A stretch of 32,000 bases of DNA from Nitrosococcus wardiae (GCF_004421105.1 NZ_CP038033.1:173659-205658); one strand, 5' to 3'. Positions 1 through 10,011 are shown, counted from the stretch's first letter. The notes: generated from the letters alone by a model not told the origin. Made by a program: numbers and translations.

Positions 1-72
1 CCCGACTAGCTCGGGTTCCAAACGGGCATGGGAATCAAGATAGGACCGCCAAGCTTCACTTACCCCATTCAT
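1..72 (-). CDS. sufD: SufD (Fe-S cluster assembly), first 24 codons only; the gene continues past the left edge
   Basis: ATG at 72..70 overlaps the sufC stop codon (ATGA at 69..72). The frame stays open to base 1 ([24 protein letters not shown]). Its position after sufB-sufC fits the sufBCD order. The short N-terminus is not itself diagnostic. Confidence 0.45.
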   Translation of the reverse strand, partial: MNGVSEAWRSYLDSHARLEPELVG

Positions 73-841
73 AGGGAGGCTGCTCCTGTCACTGGGTTGT
101 TATCTTGTTCAATCCAACCGTACCCTTTCTCCTCCAACTCCAGCGCAAGTTCCTTATCCCCAGATTTTACAATGCGCCCTTGGGAGAGCACATGGACATA
201 ATCCGGCACAATGTAATTGAGGAGACGTTGATAATGGGTCACCAAGATAAGTCCTCTCTCGGGACTCCGTAGGGCATTAACTCCATCGGCGACGATCCTG
301 AGGGCATCAATATCCAATCCCGAGTCAGTCTCGTCCAAAATGGTCAATGTGGGCTCCAAAATAGCCATCTGTAAGATTTCGTTACGCTTCTTTTCCCCCC
401 CGAGAAACCTTCATTAACTGCCCGCTGCAGGAAGCTTTCATTCATCTTGACCAGCTTCATTTTTTCCCGCACCAGAGCCAAAAAGTCCATGGCATCCAGT
501 TCATCTAGTCCACGATGCTTGCGCACGGAATTCAAAGCCGCCTTCAACAAATACACATTGCTCACGCCGGGGATCTCCACGGGATACTGGAAAGCCAAGA
601 AGATTCCTGCGCGGGCGCGCTCTTCGGGAGCCAGATCCAATAAATTCTGATCCTGATAAAGGATCTCCCCTGCTGTGGCCTCGTAATCCTCCCGCCCTGC
701 CAGAACACTGGCCAGGGTACTCTTCCCCGAGCCGTTCGGTCCCATAATGGCGTGCACCTCACCGGGATTCACATTTAAATTAATACCCCGGAGGATGGGT
801 TTGCCATCCACACTGGCATGCAGGTTGCTGATGGTTAACAT
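69..841 (-). pseudogene. sufC: SufC Fe-S assembly ATPase, frame interrupted by a 1-nt frameshift in a C7 (mRNA G7) homopolymer at 395..401
   Basis: ORF 344..841 has Walker A (GPNGSGKST) and reads ...NEGFSGG before leaving frame. ORF 69..368 continues the same protein ([21 protein letters not shown] is Walker B, followed by VTHYQRLL). One extra G would give [20 protein letters not shown], which matches the SufC signature region as I recall it from E. coli SufC. Confidence 0.9.
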
Positions 842-892
842 TTAAAAACCTCTATCACTTTGTTGTCGATGCCATCAATAGGTGGGTAAGCG

Positions 893-2341
893 TTAGCCGA
901 CTGCCCCTTCCAAGCTCACCCCCAGTAGGTTCTGGGCTTCTACTGCGAACTCCATGGGCAATTCCTTAAACACTTCCTTACAAAAACCATTGACGATCAT
1001 AGAGACAGCATCTTCCGCGGAGATTCCCCGCTGTTTACAATAGAACAGTTGATCTTCGCTGATCTTGGAGGTCGATGCCTCATGTTCCACCTGTGCTGAA
1101 GGGTGTTTTACCTCAATGTAAGGAAAGGTATGGGCGCCGCATCGATCTCCTAGAAGTAGGGAATCACACTGGGTATAGTTACGGGCGCCAACAGCAGTGG
1201 GCATAACCCGCACCAAGCCTCGGTAGGTATTTTGTCCTCGCCCGGCAGAAATCCCTTTAGAAATGATGGTGCTGCGGGTATTGCGCCCCATATGGATCAT
1301 TTTGGTGCCCGTATCCGCTTGCTGGAAATTATTAGTGAGTGCCACTGAATAGAATTCACCCACTGAGTGATCTCCTTGCAAGATAACGCTAGGATACTTC
1401 CAGGTAATGGCCGAACCGGTCTCCACCTGGGTCCAGGAGATCTTGGAGTGGGCTCCCCGGCAAGCACCTCGTTTAGTCACGAAGTTATAGATTCCGCCAC
1501 GGCCCTCCTCATCGCCGGGATACCAATTTTGCACTGTGGAGTACTTGATCTCGGCGTTGTCTAGAGCGACAAGCTCCACCACCGCAGCATGGAGTTGGTT
1601 CTCATCCCGCATCGGCGCGGTACAGCCTTCTAAATAACTAACAGATGCTCCTTCATCAGCAACGATCAGGGTGCGCTCAAACTGGCCAGTTTGAGCGGCA
1701 TTGATACGGAAGTAGGTGGATAATTCTAAGGGGCAACGAACGCCCTTGGGCACATAAACAAAGGAGCCATCGCTAAAAACGGCTGAATTTAAAGCGGCGT
1801 AGAAGTTATCTCGGTAGGGTACCACCGTGCCGAGATATTTTTCTACCAACTCAGGATATTTCTGCACCGCTTCGGAAAAAGAGCAAAAAATCACTCCCGC
1901 TTCAGCCAGTTTCTCCTTGAAGGTGGTTGCTACAGAGACACTGTCGAATACCGCATCCACAGCCACGCCCGCGAGCCGGGCCCGCTCATGGAGGGGCACG
2001 CCTAGTTTCTCATAGGTTTCCAGTAATTTGGGATCAACTTCATCTAAGCTCTTGGGACCATCTTTCTTTGATTTGGGCGCGGAATAATAAACAATAGATT
2101 GATAGTCCACGGGTGGATAGTGGACATGAGCCCATTTTGGCTCTTTCATCTCCAACCAATGGCGGTAGGCCTTGAGGCGCCACTCCAACATAAACTCCGG
2201 CTCATTTTTCTTGCCAGAGAGGAGGCGAATAACGTCCTCATTGAGGCCGGGAGGTATAGTGTCCGCTTCGATATCGGTGATAAAGCCAGCCCGATATTCC
2301 CGATGAACAAGATTTTCAACCTGAAGGGTTGATTTACTCAT
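893..2341 (-). CDS. sufB: Fe-S cluster assembly scaffold protein SufB
   Basis: 482 aa with long conserved SufB blocks ([73 protein letters not shown]). It lies directly upstream of sufC. Confidence 0.95.
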   Translation of the reverse strand: MSKSTLQVENLVHREYRAGFITDIEADTIPPGLNEDVIRLLSGKKNEPEFMLEWRLKAYRHWLEMKEPKWAHVHYPPVDYQSIVYYSAPKSKKDGPKSLDEVDPKLLETYEKLGVPLHERARLAGVAVDAVFDSVSVATTFKEKLAEAGVIFCSFSEAVQKYPELVEKYLGTVVPYRDNFYAALNSAVFSDGSFVYVPKGVRCPLELSTYFRINAAQTGQFERTLIVADEGASVSYLEGCTAPMRDENQLHAAVVELVALDNAEIKYSTVQNWYPGDEEGRGGIYNFVTKRGACRGAHSKISWTQVETGSAITWKYPSVILQGDHSVGEFYSVALTNNFQQADTGTKMIHMGRNTRSTIISKGISAGRGQNTYRGLVRVMPTAVGARNYTQCDSLLLGDRCGAHTFPYIEVKHPSAQVEHEASTSKISEDQLFYCKQRGISAEDAVSMIVNGFCKEVFKELPMEFAVEAQNLLGVSLEGAVG

Positions 2342-2356
2342 AGTCTGCTCCCGCGG

Positions 2357-2833
2357 TTATCTGGTCGTATTACCTGTACTCAGTGGCACCGAACGTCTAG
2401 TCAATTGATGAAACTGGATGGGATACACCCCCATCGGCTGAACCATGTCAGACAATTTAATCTCATTTAAGGCCCCATAGACCGCTTGATTAATCCGCTC
2501 CCAGTGGACACGGGTGGAACAATGGGACTCCTGCCCACATTCCCCTGGTGTACTAATGCACTCAGTTAAACCGATAGGTCCCTCTAGGGTGGTAATGATT
2601 TCTGCTACTGAGATTGTCTCAGGCGGTCTTGCTAAACTATAACCCCCCTGGGCCCCCCGCGATGATACCAATAACTGGGCTCGGGCCAATTGTTTAAGGA
2701 TTTTACTGACGGTCGGCAAAGGCATTTCCACCTGAGCGGATAAATCAGCGGCGGTATGCTGACCCTTGGAAGCCGCCGCCAAACGTGTCATTAGCACAAT
2801 ACCGTAATCGGTCATCTTACTCATGCGGAGCAT
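2357..2833 (-). CDS. Rrf2/IscR-family transcriptional regulator, probably the SUF-system regulator
   Basis: N-terminus MLRMSKMTDYGIVLMTRLA plus a winged-helix region (PTVSKILKQLARAQLLVSSRGAQGGYSLAR) and a Cys cluster (CISTPGECGQESHC). It is the first gene of the suf cluster. The ORF-track start at 2851 is a TTG. ATG 2833 has a GGAGG Shine-Dalgarno 6 nt upstream, so I use that. Confidence 0.85.
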   Translation of the reverse strand: MLRMSKMTDYGIVLMTRLAAASKGQHTAADLSAQVEMPLPTVSKILKQLARAQLLVSSRGAQGGYSLARPPETISVAEIITTLEGPIGLTECISTPGECGQESHCSTRVHWERINQAVYGALNEIKLSDMVQPMGVYPIQFHQLTRRSVPLSTGNTTR

Positions 2834-2855
2834 GTAGAGCCTCCGTTCCAATTTA

Positions 2856-2870
2856 GGACTATTATAGTCC
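2856..2870. promoter_or_regulatory. Perfect 7-1-7 palindrome GGACTAT-T-ATAGTCC, candidate operator for the Rrf2 regulator
   Basis: It lies 23 bp upstream of the regulator start codon. The core GACT-A-TTA-T-AGTC fits the GACTRWWWYAGTC core of the IscR type-1 site as I recall it. Confidence 0.5.
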
Positions 2871-3031
2871 CGATTAAGTTCAAAACCAAGTAATTTAGTA
2901 AAGTATTAACTATGAGGCTCCCTTATCAAAAAGCAAGCTGAAAAATAACTAATAATGGGGTAAAGTGCACAGCTTTACCAAACTGAAAGCCATTTGGATC
3001 GGAATAGCTAATAGTTTAAGAGGTAATGACC

Positions 3032-3703
3032 ATGGCTGATTATAAAATTGCTCCTTCTATCCTATCGGCGGATTTTGCTCGTCTGGGGGAAGAAGTGACT
3101 GCCGTATTGGACGCGGGTGCTGACATAGTGCACTTCGATGTGATGGATAACCATTATGTTCCCAATCTGACAATCGGTCCTCTCATCTGCGAAGCGCTGC
3201 GCAAACATGGTATCACCGCCGATATCGATGTTCACCTGATGGTGAAACCTGTTGATCGAATCGTGCCTGATTTTGCCAAGGCGGGCGCCAATTATATCAC
3301 TTTTCATCCGGAAGCCTCCGACCATATCGACCGGACCCTTCAGCTTATCCGCGATGAGGGCTGTAAAGCTGGCTTAGTATTCAACCCAGCCACTTCCCTC
3401 GATTATCTTCAATACGTCCTAGACAAAGTGGACATGGTGCTTATCATGTCGGTTAATCCAGGGTTCGGCGGCCAGAAATTCATCCCCTCGGCACTCGATA
3501 AGTTACAGCAAGCTCGTCGGATAATTGACACTAGTGGTCACCCGATTCGCCTTGAAATTGATGGCGGCGTTAAGGTCGATAATATTCGGCAAATCGCGGC
3601 AGCGGGGGCAGATACTTTCGTGGCAGGTTCGGCCATTTTCCAAAGCGAAAATTACAAAGCCACCATTGGTGAGATGCGTGCCGAGCTAGCCAAGGTAAAA
3701 TGA
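3032..3703 (+). CDS. rpe: Ribulose-phosphate 3-epimerase
   Basis: [43 protein letters not shown] and EIDGGV motifs. The track start is 3026, but AAGAGG at 3018..3023 is better spaced for ATG 3032 (MADYKIAPS...). Confidence 0.95.
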   Translation: MADYKIAPSILSADFARLGEEVTAVLDAGADIVHFDVMDNHYVPNLTIGPLICEALRKHGITADIDVHLMVKPVDRIVPDFAKAGANYITFHPEASDHIDRTLQLIRDEGCKAGLVFNPATSLDYLQYVLDKVDMVLIMSVNPGFGGQKFIPSALDKLQQARRIIDTSGHPIRLEIDGGVKVDNIRQIAAAGADTFVAGSAIFQSENYKATIGEMRAELAKVK

Positions 3704-3762
3704 AGGGCTGCGGTATAAATATAGGACAGTATCATTAAAATCTTACTTTTAATAAACAAGGG

Positions 3763-3901
3763 TTCGGACAGTTTTTACTCAGAATGATCAATGAGTTGCC
3801 ATTCCCAGACGAATAAAATGCAAGTTAGGACTCTCCTTAAGTTACATTTAATTCGGTAAGTCTCTGATTGTTGGTAGCAAGCTCGCCCAAAACTGTCCGA
3901 A
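3763..3901. repeat. Pair of perfect 13-bp inverted repeats (TTCGGACAGTTTT at 3763..3775 and AAAACTGTCCGAA at 3889..3901) flanking 113 bp
   Basis: Read directly from the sequence. A third GGACAGT copy is at 3724..3730. The pair lies in the rpe-gph spacer. Confidence 0.7.
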
Positions 3902-3933
3902 GTATTGAATAAAGCAAAACGATAGTCATAAGA

Positions 3934-4611
3934 ATGTTGAAAAAACCAGAGATGGTGCTTATCGATGTGGATGGTACTTTGGTGGACAGCGTGCCTGATC
4001 TCGCCTTCTGCACCGATACCATGATGAGGCAGCTAGGCCTGCCTCCCCGGGGTGAAACCAAAGTTCGACAGTGGGTAGGGAACGGCGTAGAGCGGCTGAT
4101 TAAACGGGCCCTACTCGATAACTTAGAAGGGGAGCCGGAGGAGGCTTTATATCAAAAGGCTAAACCTATTTTTCTAGCCCTCTACCAGGAAAACACAAGC
4201 AAGCGCAGCTGCCTATATCCTGGGGTAAGCGAGGGATTAATCTGGCTAAAATCTCAAGGATATCGCTTAGGCAGCGTCACTAATAAAGCAGCCCAATTTA
4301 CCTATCCTCTGCTTAGAGATCTAGGAATAATTGACCATTTTGAGATAATTGTAAGCGGCGACACATTGCCAGAGAAAAAACCCCATCCTGCACCGTTACT
4401 CCATGCCGCTAGTTTTTTCGGCATTGCCCCTGAGAAGGCGCTCATGATTGGGGATTCCATCAGCGATGTGAAAGCAGCAAGGGCAGCCGGTTTCCAGATC
4501 GTCTGCCTAAGCTATGGTTATAATCATGGCGTAGATATCGCTGACAGCCATCCGGATGGTGTCATCGATTCCTTAATTGAAATCAAAAGCCTATTAAGCG
4601 AGGCGGCCTAG
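3934..4611 (+). CDS. gph: Phosphoglycolate phosphatase (HAD superfamily)
   Basis: HAD motif I DVDGTLVDS, motif II SVTNK, motif III/IV KKPHP...GDSISDV. The rpe-gph-trpE synteny is common in gamma- and betaproteobacteria. Confidence 0.85.
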   Translation: MLKKPEMVLIDVDGTLVDSVPDLAFCTDTMMRQLGLPPRGETKVRQWVGNGVERLIKRALLDNLEGEPEEALYQKAKPIFLALYQENTSKRSCLYPGVSEGLIWLKSQGYRLGSVTNKAAQFTYPLLRDLGIIDHFEIIVSGDTLPEKKPHPAPLLHAASFFGIAPEKALMIGDSISDVKAARAAGFQIVCLSYGYNHGVDIADSHPDGVIDSLIEIKSLLSEAA

Positions 4612-4621
4612 GGAATACACT

Positions 4622-4678
4622 ATGACTCACTTCCAGACAAGAGGCCTATGGCGGGAAAAAAGACGATGGTGGTGTTAA
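4622..4678 (+). promoter_or_regulatory. trp leader peptide ORF (MTHFQTRGLWREKRRWWC) ahead of trpE
   Basis: The 18-codon ORF has 3 Trp codons, two of them tandem (TGGTGG at 4667..4672) just before the stop. AGGGA Shine-Dalgarno lies 7 nt upstream. The ORF ends 47 nt before the trpE ATG. Confidence 0.6.
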
Positions 4679-4725
4679 CTCCCACTAAACCCGGCTAGTC
4701 ATCTCTTTAATTCTGGAAGTAAACC

Positions 4726-6204
4726 ATGGAACTTGAACAATTTAAACAGCTCGCCGCCCAAGGTTATAATCACATTCCTCTTGTGCGAGAGGTTTTGGCC
4801 GACTTGGACACACCTCTCAGCACTTATCTTAAGTTAGCTAATGGCCCCTATTCCTATTTATTTGAATCGGTCCACGGCGGGGAAAAATGGGGCCGATATT
4901 CGTTTATCGGTCTACCTTGCCGCACTGTGGTCAAGGTGCGAAATCAAGAGGTGGTGGTGGAAACCAACCACCGCATCGAAGAAACGTACCGCACGGATGA
5001 TCCACTGGCTTGGATAGAAGCCTTTAAACAGCGTTTTAAAGTTCCAGCAATCGATACTTTGCCTCGTTTTACGGGTGGACTGGTGGGGTACTTTGGTTAC
5101 GATACTATCCGCTATATTGAGCCCAAGCTTGTCCACGGGAATAAGCCCGATTTCTTGGGAACACCGGATATCCTGTTACTCGTATCCGAAGAAATTGTTA
5201 TCTTTGACAATCTCAGCGGCAAACTCTACCTCATTGTTCATGTCGGCCCAGAAGGTTATGGGGAAGGACAACGACGCCTAGATGCCCTTGAAGAGCGCCT
5301 TCGGGTAGGCGTTCTCAGCCGTCACCCCATTGAGGCTCCTCGGGTGGTGGTCGAAGATGATTTTATCTCCGGGTTTACCGAGGAAGGCTTTAAGACAGCA
5401 GTCAGCAAGGCACGCCAATACATTACCGACGGTGATGTAATGCAAGTAGTGCTATCCCAGCGCCTCTCAGTACCCTTTGCCTCTTCCCCCCTAAACCTCT
5501 ATCGAGCACTCCGTTGCCTCAATCCATCCCCCTATATGTTTTATTTGGATCTCCATGACTTCCATGTCGTCGGCTCCTCTCCGGAGATCCTGGTACGCCT
5601 AGAGGAGGGTGTGGTGACGGTACGTCCCATCGCCGGAACCCGACACCGGGGCGCAACAGAAGAAGAAGATCGCGCACTGGAGGAGGAATTACTGGCGGAT
5701 CCTAAGGAGCTTGCAGAACATTGGATGCTCATTGATCTAGGCCGAAACGACGTCGGCCGGGTCGCCAAAATTGGTAGTGTCAACGTAACCGAAAAAATGT
5801 TCATTGAACGCTACTCCCACGTAATGCACATCGTCTCCAATGTGACGGGGCAGCTCAAACCGGGGCTCTCAGCCATGGATGTTTTACGGGCGACCTTTCC
5901 TGCCGGTACGGTTTCTGGTGCCCCCAAAGTTCGGGCCATGGAGATCATCGACGAATTAGAACCTACTAGGCGTGGAATCTATGCAGGTGCAGTGGGCTAC
6001 TTAGCATGGTCGGGTAATATGGATACCGCCATTGCCATTCGCACCGCAGTGATTAAAGATCAAACCCTTCATATTCAAGCAGGCGCGGGAATTGTCTATG
6101 ATTCGGTGCCCCAGAGCGAGTGGAATGAAACCATGAATAAAGGCCGGGCCATTTTCCGAGCAGTGGCTTTGGCTGAAGCCGGTCTTGATGGTTCTTTCCG
6201 CTAG
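4726..6204 (+). CDS. trpE: Anthranilate synthase component I
   Basis: 492 aa with [15 protein letters not shown]-type N-terminus, [20 protein letters not shown], and [20 protein letters not shown]. Confidence 0.95.
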   Translation: MELEQFKQLAAQGYNHIPLVREVLADLDTPLSTYLKLANGPYSYLFESVHGGEKWGRYSFIGLPCRTVVKVRNQEVVVETNHRIEETYRTDDPLAWIEAFKQRFKVPAIDTLPRFTGGLVGYFGYDTIRYIEPKLVHGNKPDFLGTPDILLLVSEEIVIFDNLSGKLYLIVHVGPEGYGEGQRRLDALEERLRVGVLSRHPIEAPRVVVEDDFISGFTEEGFKTAVSKARQYITDGDVMQVVLSQRLSVPFASSPLNLYRALRCLNPSPYMFYLDLHDFHVVGSSPEILVRLEEGVVTVRPIAGTRHRGATEEEDRALEEELLADPKELAEHWMLIDLGRNDVGRVAKIGSVNVTEKMFIERYSHVMHIVSNVTGQLKPGLSAMDVLRATFPAGTVSGAPKVRAMEIIDELEPTRRGIYAGAVGYLAWSGNMDTAIAIRTAVIKDQTLHIQAGAGIVYDSVPQSEWNETMNKGRAIFRAVALAEAGLDGSFR

Positions 6205-6213
6205 GAGATGAGT

Positions 6214-6795
6214 ATGTTATTCATGCTCGACAACTATGATTCATTTACCTACAATTTAGTCCAATATTTAGGCGAATTGGGTGAAGAAGTCTGCGTTTTT
6301 CGTAATGATCAAATCAGTATTGCAGAAATAAAGCGATTACACCCAAAACGTCTTGTAATCTCTCCGGGCCCTTGCACCCCTAACGAAGCGGGTATTTCCC
6401 TTGAAATTATCCGCCACTTCGCTGGCAAGCTCCCTATATTAGGGGTATGCCTTGGTCACCAGTGTATCGGCCAAGCCTTTGGCGGCCAGATAGTGCATGC
6501 CAAAACTATCATGCATGGTAAAACCTCAAGGGTACATCACAATCATAAAGGGGTGTTTCAAGGCCTTGAGAATCCCTTTGAAGCTACCCGCTATCATTCT
6601 CTAGTCATCGACCAGGCTAGTCTCCCTTCATGTTTGGAAGTTACTGCCTGGACTGAAACTGATACAGGAGAATTAGACGAGATCATGGGGATCCACCATC
6701 GGGAACTTGCCATCGAAGGGGTACAATTTCACCCCGAATCAATTCTTACCCAGCAGGGGCATGATTTGCTTCTCAACTTTCTCAAATACACCTGA
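6214..6795 (+). CDS. trpG: Anthranilate synthase component II (glutamine amidotransferase)
   Basis: [23 protein letters not shown], the catalytic GVCLGHQ, and HPES. The track start is 6208, but AGGAG (6203..6207) abuts that ATG and is properly spaced for ATG 6214. Confidence 0.95.
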   Translation: MLFMLDNYDSFTYNLVQYLGELGEEVCVFRNDQISIAEIKRLHPKRLVISPGPCTPNEAGISLEIIRHFAGKLPILGVCLGHQCIGQAFGGQIVHAKTIMHGKTSRVHHNHKGVFQGLENPFEATRYHSLVIDQASLPSCLEVTAWTETDTGELDEIMGIHHRELAIEGVQFHPESILTQQGHDLLLNFLKYT

Positions 6796-6852
6796 ATTTT
6801 CCTCAGAGTCTTAAAAAATCTCTCTATTCTCAGAATTTACAAGAAACACCCT

Positions 6853-7869
6853 ATGGATATTCAGACTGCCCTTCGTACTATCACTGCAGGGCGCGATCTT
6901 ACCAGTGAAGAGATGGCATCGGTTATGAACCTGATCATGACTGGTCAGGCAACCCCCGCACAGATTGGCGGCCTACTCATTGGGCTTCGGATGAAAGGAG
7001 AAACGGTGGAAGAGATTGCCGCCGCTGCCAAAGTGATGCGCAAATTAGCCACTAAGGTAAAGGTCACAGGGGCCCACCTTGTGGATACCTGCGGGACGGG
7101 GGGAGACGGTGCCAATACTTTCAATATTTCAACCGCTAGTGCTTTTGTTGTTGCCGCAGCAGGAGGGAAAGTGGCCAAACATGGCAACCGTTCCGTCTCT
7201 AGCCAATGTGGCAGCGCTGATATTCTTGAAGCTGCTGGGGTTAAAATTGAGATTACACCCGCACAAGTGACCCGTTGCATTGAAGAATTAGGCGTAGGCT
7301 TTTTGTTTGCCCCTCGACACCACGGTGCCATGAAATACACCATAGCCCCACGGCGAGAAATGGGAATCCGCACCCTCTTTAACCTCTTGGGTCCCCTCAC
7401 TAACCCTGCCGATCTCCCCAATCAAGTAGTCGGGGTTTTTAGCGAGGAATGGCTTGAACCTCTAGCCTGGGTCTTACAGCGTTTAGGTAGCCAGCATGTG
7501 CTCATCGTACACGCTGAAGATGGCTTGGATGAAATCAGTATTGGAGCAGCGACCCAGATCGCTGAATTGAGGAATGGCACCGTCAAAAGCTATAAGATCA
7601 CCCCTGAACAGTTTGGCTTTGAACGGGTTTCAATCGAGTGCCTAGCGGTTAACAATGCTCAAGAGAGTCTTGACGTTTTACGTTCAGCCTTGGCTAATCA
7701 CCCCGGCCCAGCCCGGGATATTGTGGCTTTGAATGCAGGGGCCGCCATTTATGCAGCAGATCTCACCCCAACCCTGGAAAAAGGAATAAACAAAGCGTTA
7801 AAGGTTCTATCCGAAGGCAAAGCTCAAGAGAAATTGGCCGCCTTAATTGCATTTACCCAGACTGATTAG
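6853..7869 (+). CDS. trpD: Anthranilate phosphoribosyltransferase
   Basis: [36 protein letters not shown], and [10 protein letters not shown]. Confidence 0.95.
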   Translation: MDIQTALRTITAGRDLTSEEMASVMNLIMTGQATPAQIGGLLIGLRMKGETVEEIAAAAKVMRKLATKVKVTGAHLVDTCGTGGDGANTFNISTASAFVVAAAGGKVAKHGNRSVSSQCGSADILEAAGVKIEITPAQVTRCIEELGVGFLFAPRHHGAMKYTIAPRREMGIRTLFNLLGPLTNPADLPNQVVGVFSEEWLEPLAWVLQRLGSQHVLIVHAEDGLDEISIGAATQIAELRNGTVKSYKITPEQFGFERVSIECLAVNNAQESLDVLRSALANHPGPARDIVALNAGAAIYAADLTPTLEKGINKALKVLSEGKAQEKLAALIAFTQTD

Positions 7870-7918
7870 CTAACAATAACAATAAAAATAATCTCGAAAA
7901 AAGGGAGATAGTTGAAAG

Positions 7919-8728
7919 ATGAACGAGGCCCCCGATATCTTACAGAAGATCTTGCGACGGAAAGCCGAGGAGATTACCGCACGGGCTCAACAGCTTTCAA
8001 TCCGGGAACTCAGCCAACAAGTAGAGGGGGCACCTCCAGTACGTGGCTTTGTTAACGCTATCACTCAAAAGGTAAATGCCCAGCAATTCGCCGTTATTGC
8101 TGAAATCAAAAAGGCTTCCCCTAGTAAGGGGCTTCTGCGCGAGACCTTTGATCCGGCAGCAATTGCCCGTAGCTATGAAGAGGGGGGGGCAACTTGCCTG
8201 TCAGTACTCACCGATCTCAGTTTCTTTCAGGGCAGCGAAGCAGACCTCCGCCTAGCCCGAGATGCTTGTGAATTACCCGTGTTAAGAAAAGATTTTATCA
8301 TTGATCCCTATCAGGTCTATGAAGCTCGGGTAACAGGCGCCGACTGTATTCTACTGATTGCAGCGGCCCTAGGCGACGCTTTAATGCTGGAACTCTCACA
8401 ACTCGCCGAGCACCTGAACATGGACACGCTTGTAGAAGTACATAATGCCGAAGAACTTGAGCGGGCCCTAGCCCTAAACACACTACTCATCGGCATTAAT
8501 AACCGCAATTTAAAAAACTTTGAGACAAAGTTAGAAACCACTCTTGGCCTGCTTGCTCAAATACCTTCTAATCGCCTAGTAGTCACTGAAAGCGGTATTC
8601 ACAGTGCCGCAGATGTAATGAGGATGAAGGAAGCCGGGGTCTATGCCTTTCTTGTGGGCGAAACTTTTATGAAAGCAGAAGAGCCCGGCGAGAAACTGGC
8701 AGAACTATTCCCATTCCCAGAGGAATAA
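7919..8728 (+). CDS. trpC: Indole-3-glycerol phosphate synthase
   Basis: [40 protein letters not shown], and ESGI. Confidence 0.95.
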   Translation: MNEAPDILQKILRRKAEEITARAQQLSIRELSQQVEGAPPVRGFVNAITQKVNAQQFAVIAEIKKASPSKGLLRETFDPAAIARSYEEGGATCLSVLTDLSFFQGSEADLRLARDACELPVLRKDFIIDPYQVYEARVTGADCILLIAAALGDALMLELSQLAEHLNMDTLVEVHNAEELERALALNTLLIGINNRNLKNFETKLETTLGLLAQIPSNRLVVTESGIHSAADVMRMKEAGVYAFLVGETFMKAEEPGEKLAELFPFPEE

Positions 8729-8801
8729 CCCCTAATAGCCGCAGGAAATTTATGTTAAATTGTGACTTTATCCCTTTCCCATTGGGATTTATACAGTCCT
8801 T

Positions 8802-9233
8802 TTAATCCAAAAGCCCTGAGCGACCCAGTCGCCAAGTGTAGGCGCAGGCTCCAACCAATATGCCGAGGATCAATGCTCCCCCGCCTAATTCTGATGAAAA
8901 AATGGCGACTAAGGATCCTTTATTAAAGGCCGTCAATCCAAGTTTCCCCAAGCTGGCCCCAATAGCCCCAAGAAAAAAATAAAGAGCCAATCGGCGGTGC
9001 AAATAGAGGAGCAGGGCTGCAGCCAAGATCGCAATATTAATAAACAAAGTCACCCCTATTTCTGACCATGTCAGAGTCTCAAGCATCATTTGCTGTTCAA
9101 GGGAGAGTTTTCTAACGCCGGTAACCGTGGAAAGATAGCTCACCAAAGCGGTACCCGAAGCAATAGCAAGAAAAAAAGATAGGAAGATCGTCCCTGGACG
9201 ACGCTGTTCTAGATGGGGTTGTTTGCCGTTCAT
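8802..9233 (-). CDS. Hypothetical integral membrane protein (about 4 predicted TM helices)
   Basis: 143-aa ORF with four hydrophobic stretches. I recognise no family. It is on the same strand as the lipoprotein gene and downstream of it. Confidence 0.55.
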   Translation of the reverse strand: MNGKQPHLEQRRPGTIFLSFFLAIASGTALVSYLSTVTGVRKLSLEQQMMLETLTWSEIGVTLFINIAILAAALLLYLHRRLALYFFLGAIGASLGKLGLTAFNKGSLVAIFSSELGGGALILGILVGACAYTWRLGRSGLLD

Positions 9234-9273
9234 AAAAAATACCTCAAAGAAGAAACAAGCCCTAACTTAAGCC

Positions 9274-9305
9274 GGGCATACCCGCCCCCTCAGGCAGGTA
9301 TGCCC
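9274..9305 (-). terminator. 9-bp GC-rich hairpin (GGGCATACC / GGTATGCCC) after the lipoprotein gene
   Basis: Perfect 9-bp stem with a 14-nt loop, starting 14 nt after the stop at 9319. The tail on the minus strand is only moderately U-rich (GGCUUAAGUUAGGGCUUGUUUCUUCUUU). Confidence 0.35.
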
Positions 9306-9318
9306 TATGCGACAAGAT

Positions 9319-9828
9319 TCATTCCTTTTTAGTATAGATAACCGTTTCAGGCATACCTATCACGTCATCAAAGTCGCCATCAAGATTATAGTCCTCTTTT
9401 AAAGTGAGCTTATCGCCTTCAACAGTATAATAGATGGCATAATCATTGGTAGTTGATTTCATATCAACAGCGCTCCAACTCTGTGTCCCTTCATTATATT
9501 CCGCTGTACCGTAGGAATTCGCCGTCCACTCCATATAATCAGGCGACACAGAAACGCTTCCGGTTTCTCTTGAAGTTTCCGACCAATCATAAACTGCAGA
9601 ACCATCTTCATCGATTAGTTTTTTATACCAAGAGTATTTATAAGTATTACCAGAAAAGGTGACTTCTCCCTTAGTTTTCAGGGTTCCACCATTCTGCTTC
9701 TCGGTCCCAAGCTCCGCCTCCCAGGTTCCTGCAAGGCCAAAATCCTCTGCACCTGGGCCACCCGACTGACAAGCCGCCAATACTAAGGCAAGAAACGCCA
9801 TAAACAACATCAAGGGAAACCGTTTCAT
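9319..9828 (-). CDS. Hypothetical lipoprotein (possible lipocalin-like fold)
   Basis: Signal peptide plus lipobox (LVLAAC, with Cys followed by QSGG). GTWE motif near the mature N-terminus. A Ser/Thr/Tyr/Trp-rich, beta-type sequence. Three sampled 60-nt lines give about 35, 47 and 28% GC, against about 53% in an amoB line. Confidence 0.65.
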   Translation of the reverse strand: MKRFPLMLFMAFLALVLAACQSGGPGAEDFGLAGTWEAELGTEKQNGGTLKTKGEVTFSGNTYKYSWYKKLIDEDGSAVYDWSETSRETGSVSVSPDYMEWTANSYGTAEYNEGTQSWSAVDMKSTTNDYAIYYTVEGDKLTLKEDYNLDGDFDDVIGMPETVIYTKKE

Positions 9829-10011
9829 CTAAGCTCCTTATTTCTATTGATTAGTATTAGATAGCCTATTAAGCCAAAAGGTTGCTAGCGCAATTTTTCT
9901 TTGTCTAGATCAATTGTATCATCACAACATAACAAGCATTAGATATCAACTGCCCGCTCAGCTCTATTTAGTTTGATATTGCCTTACAAGATAGCAGCAC
10001 ATTCCTTTTTC

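Noticed and set aside
2940-2965. AT-rich AAATAACTAATAATG in the suf/rpe divergent region, considered as a Fur box.
   Set aside because: It matches the 19-bp Fur consensus poorly when aligned position by position.
3837-4061. 74-aa minus-strand ORF spanning the gph start.
   Set aside because: It overlaps the well-supported gph N-terminus (DVDGTLVDS) on the opposite strand, and it has no motifs or Shine-Dalgarno.
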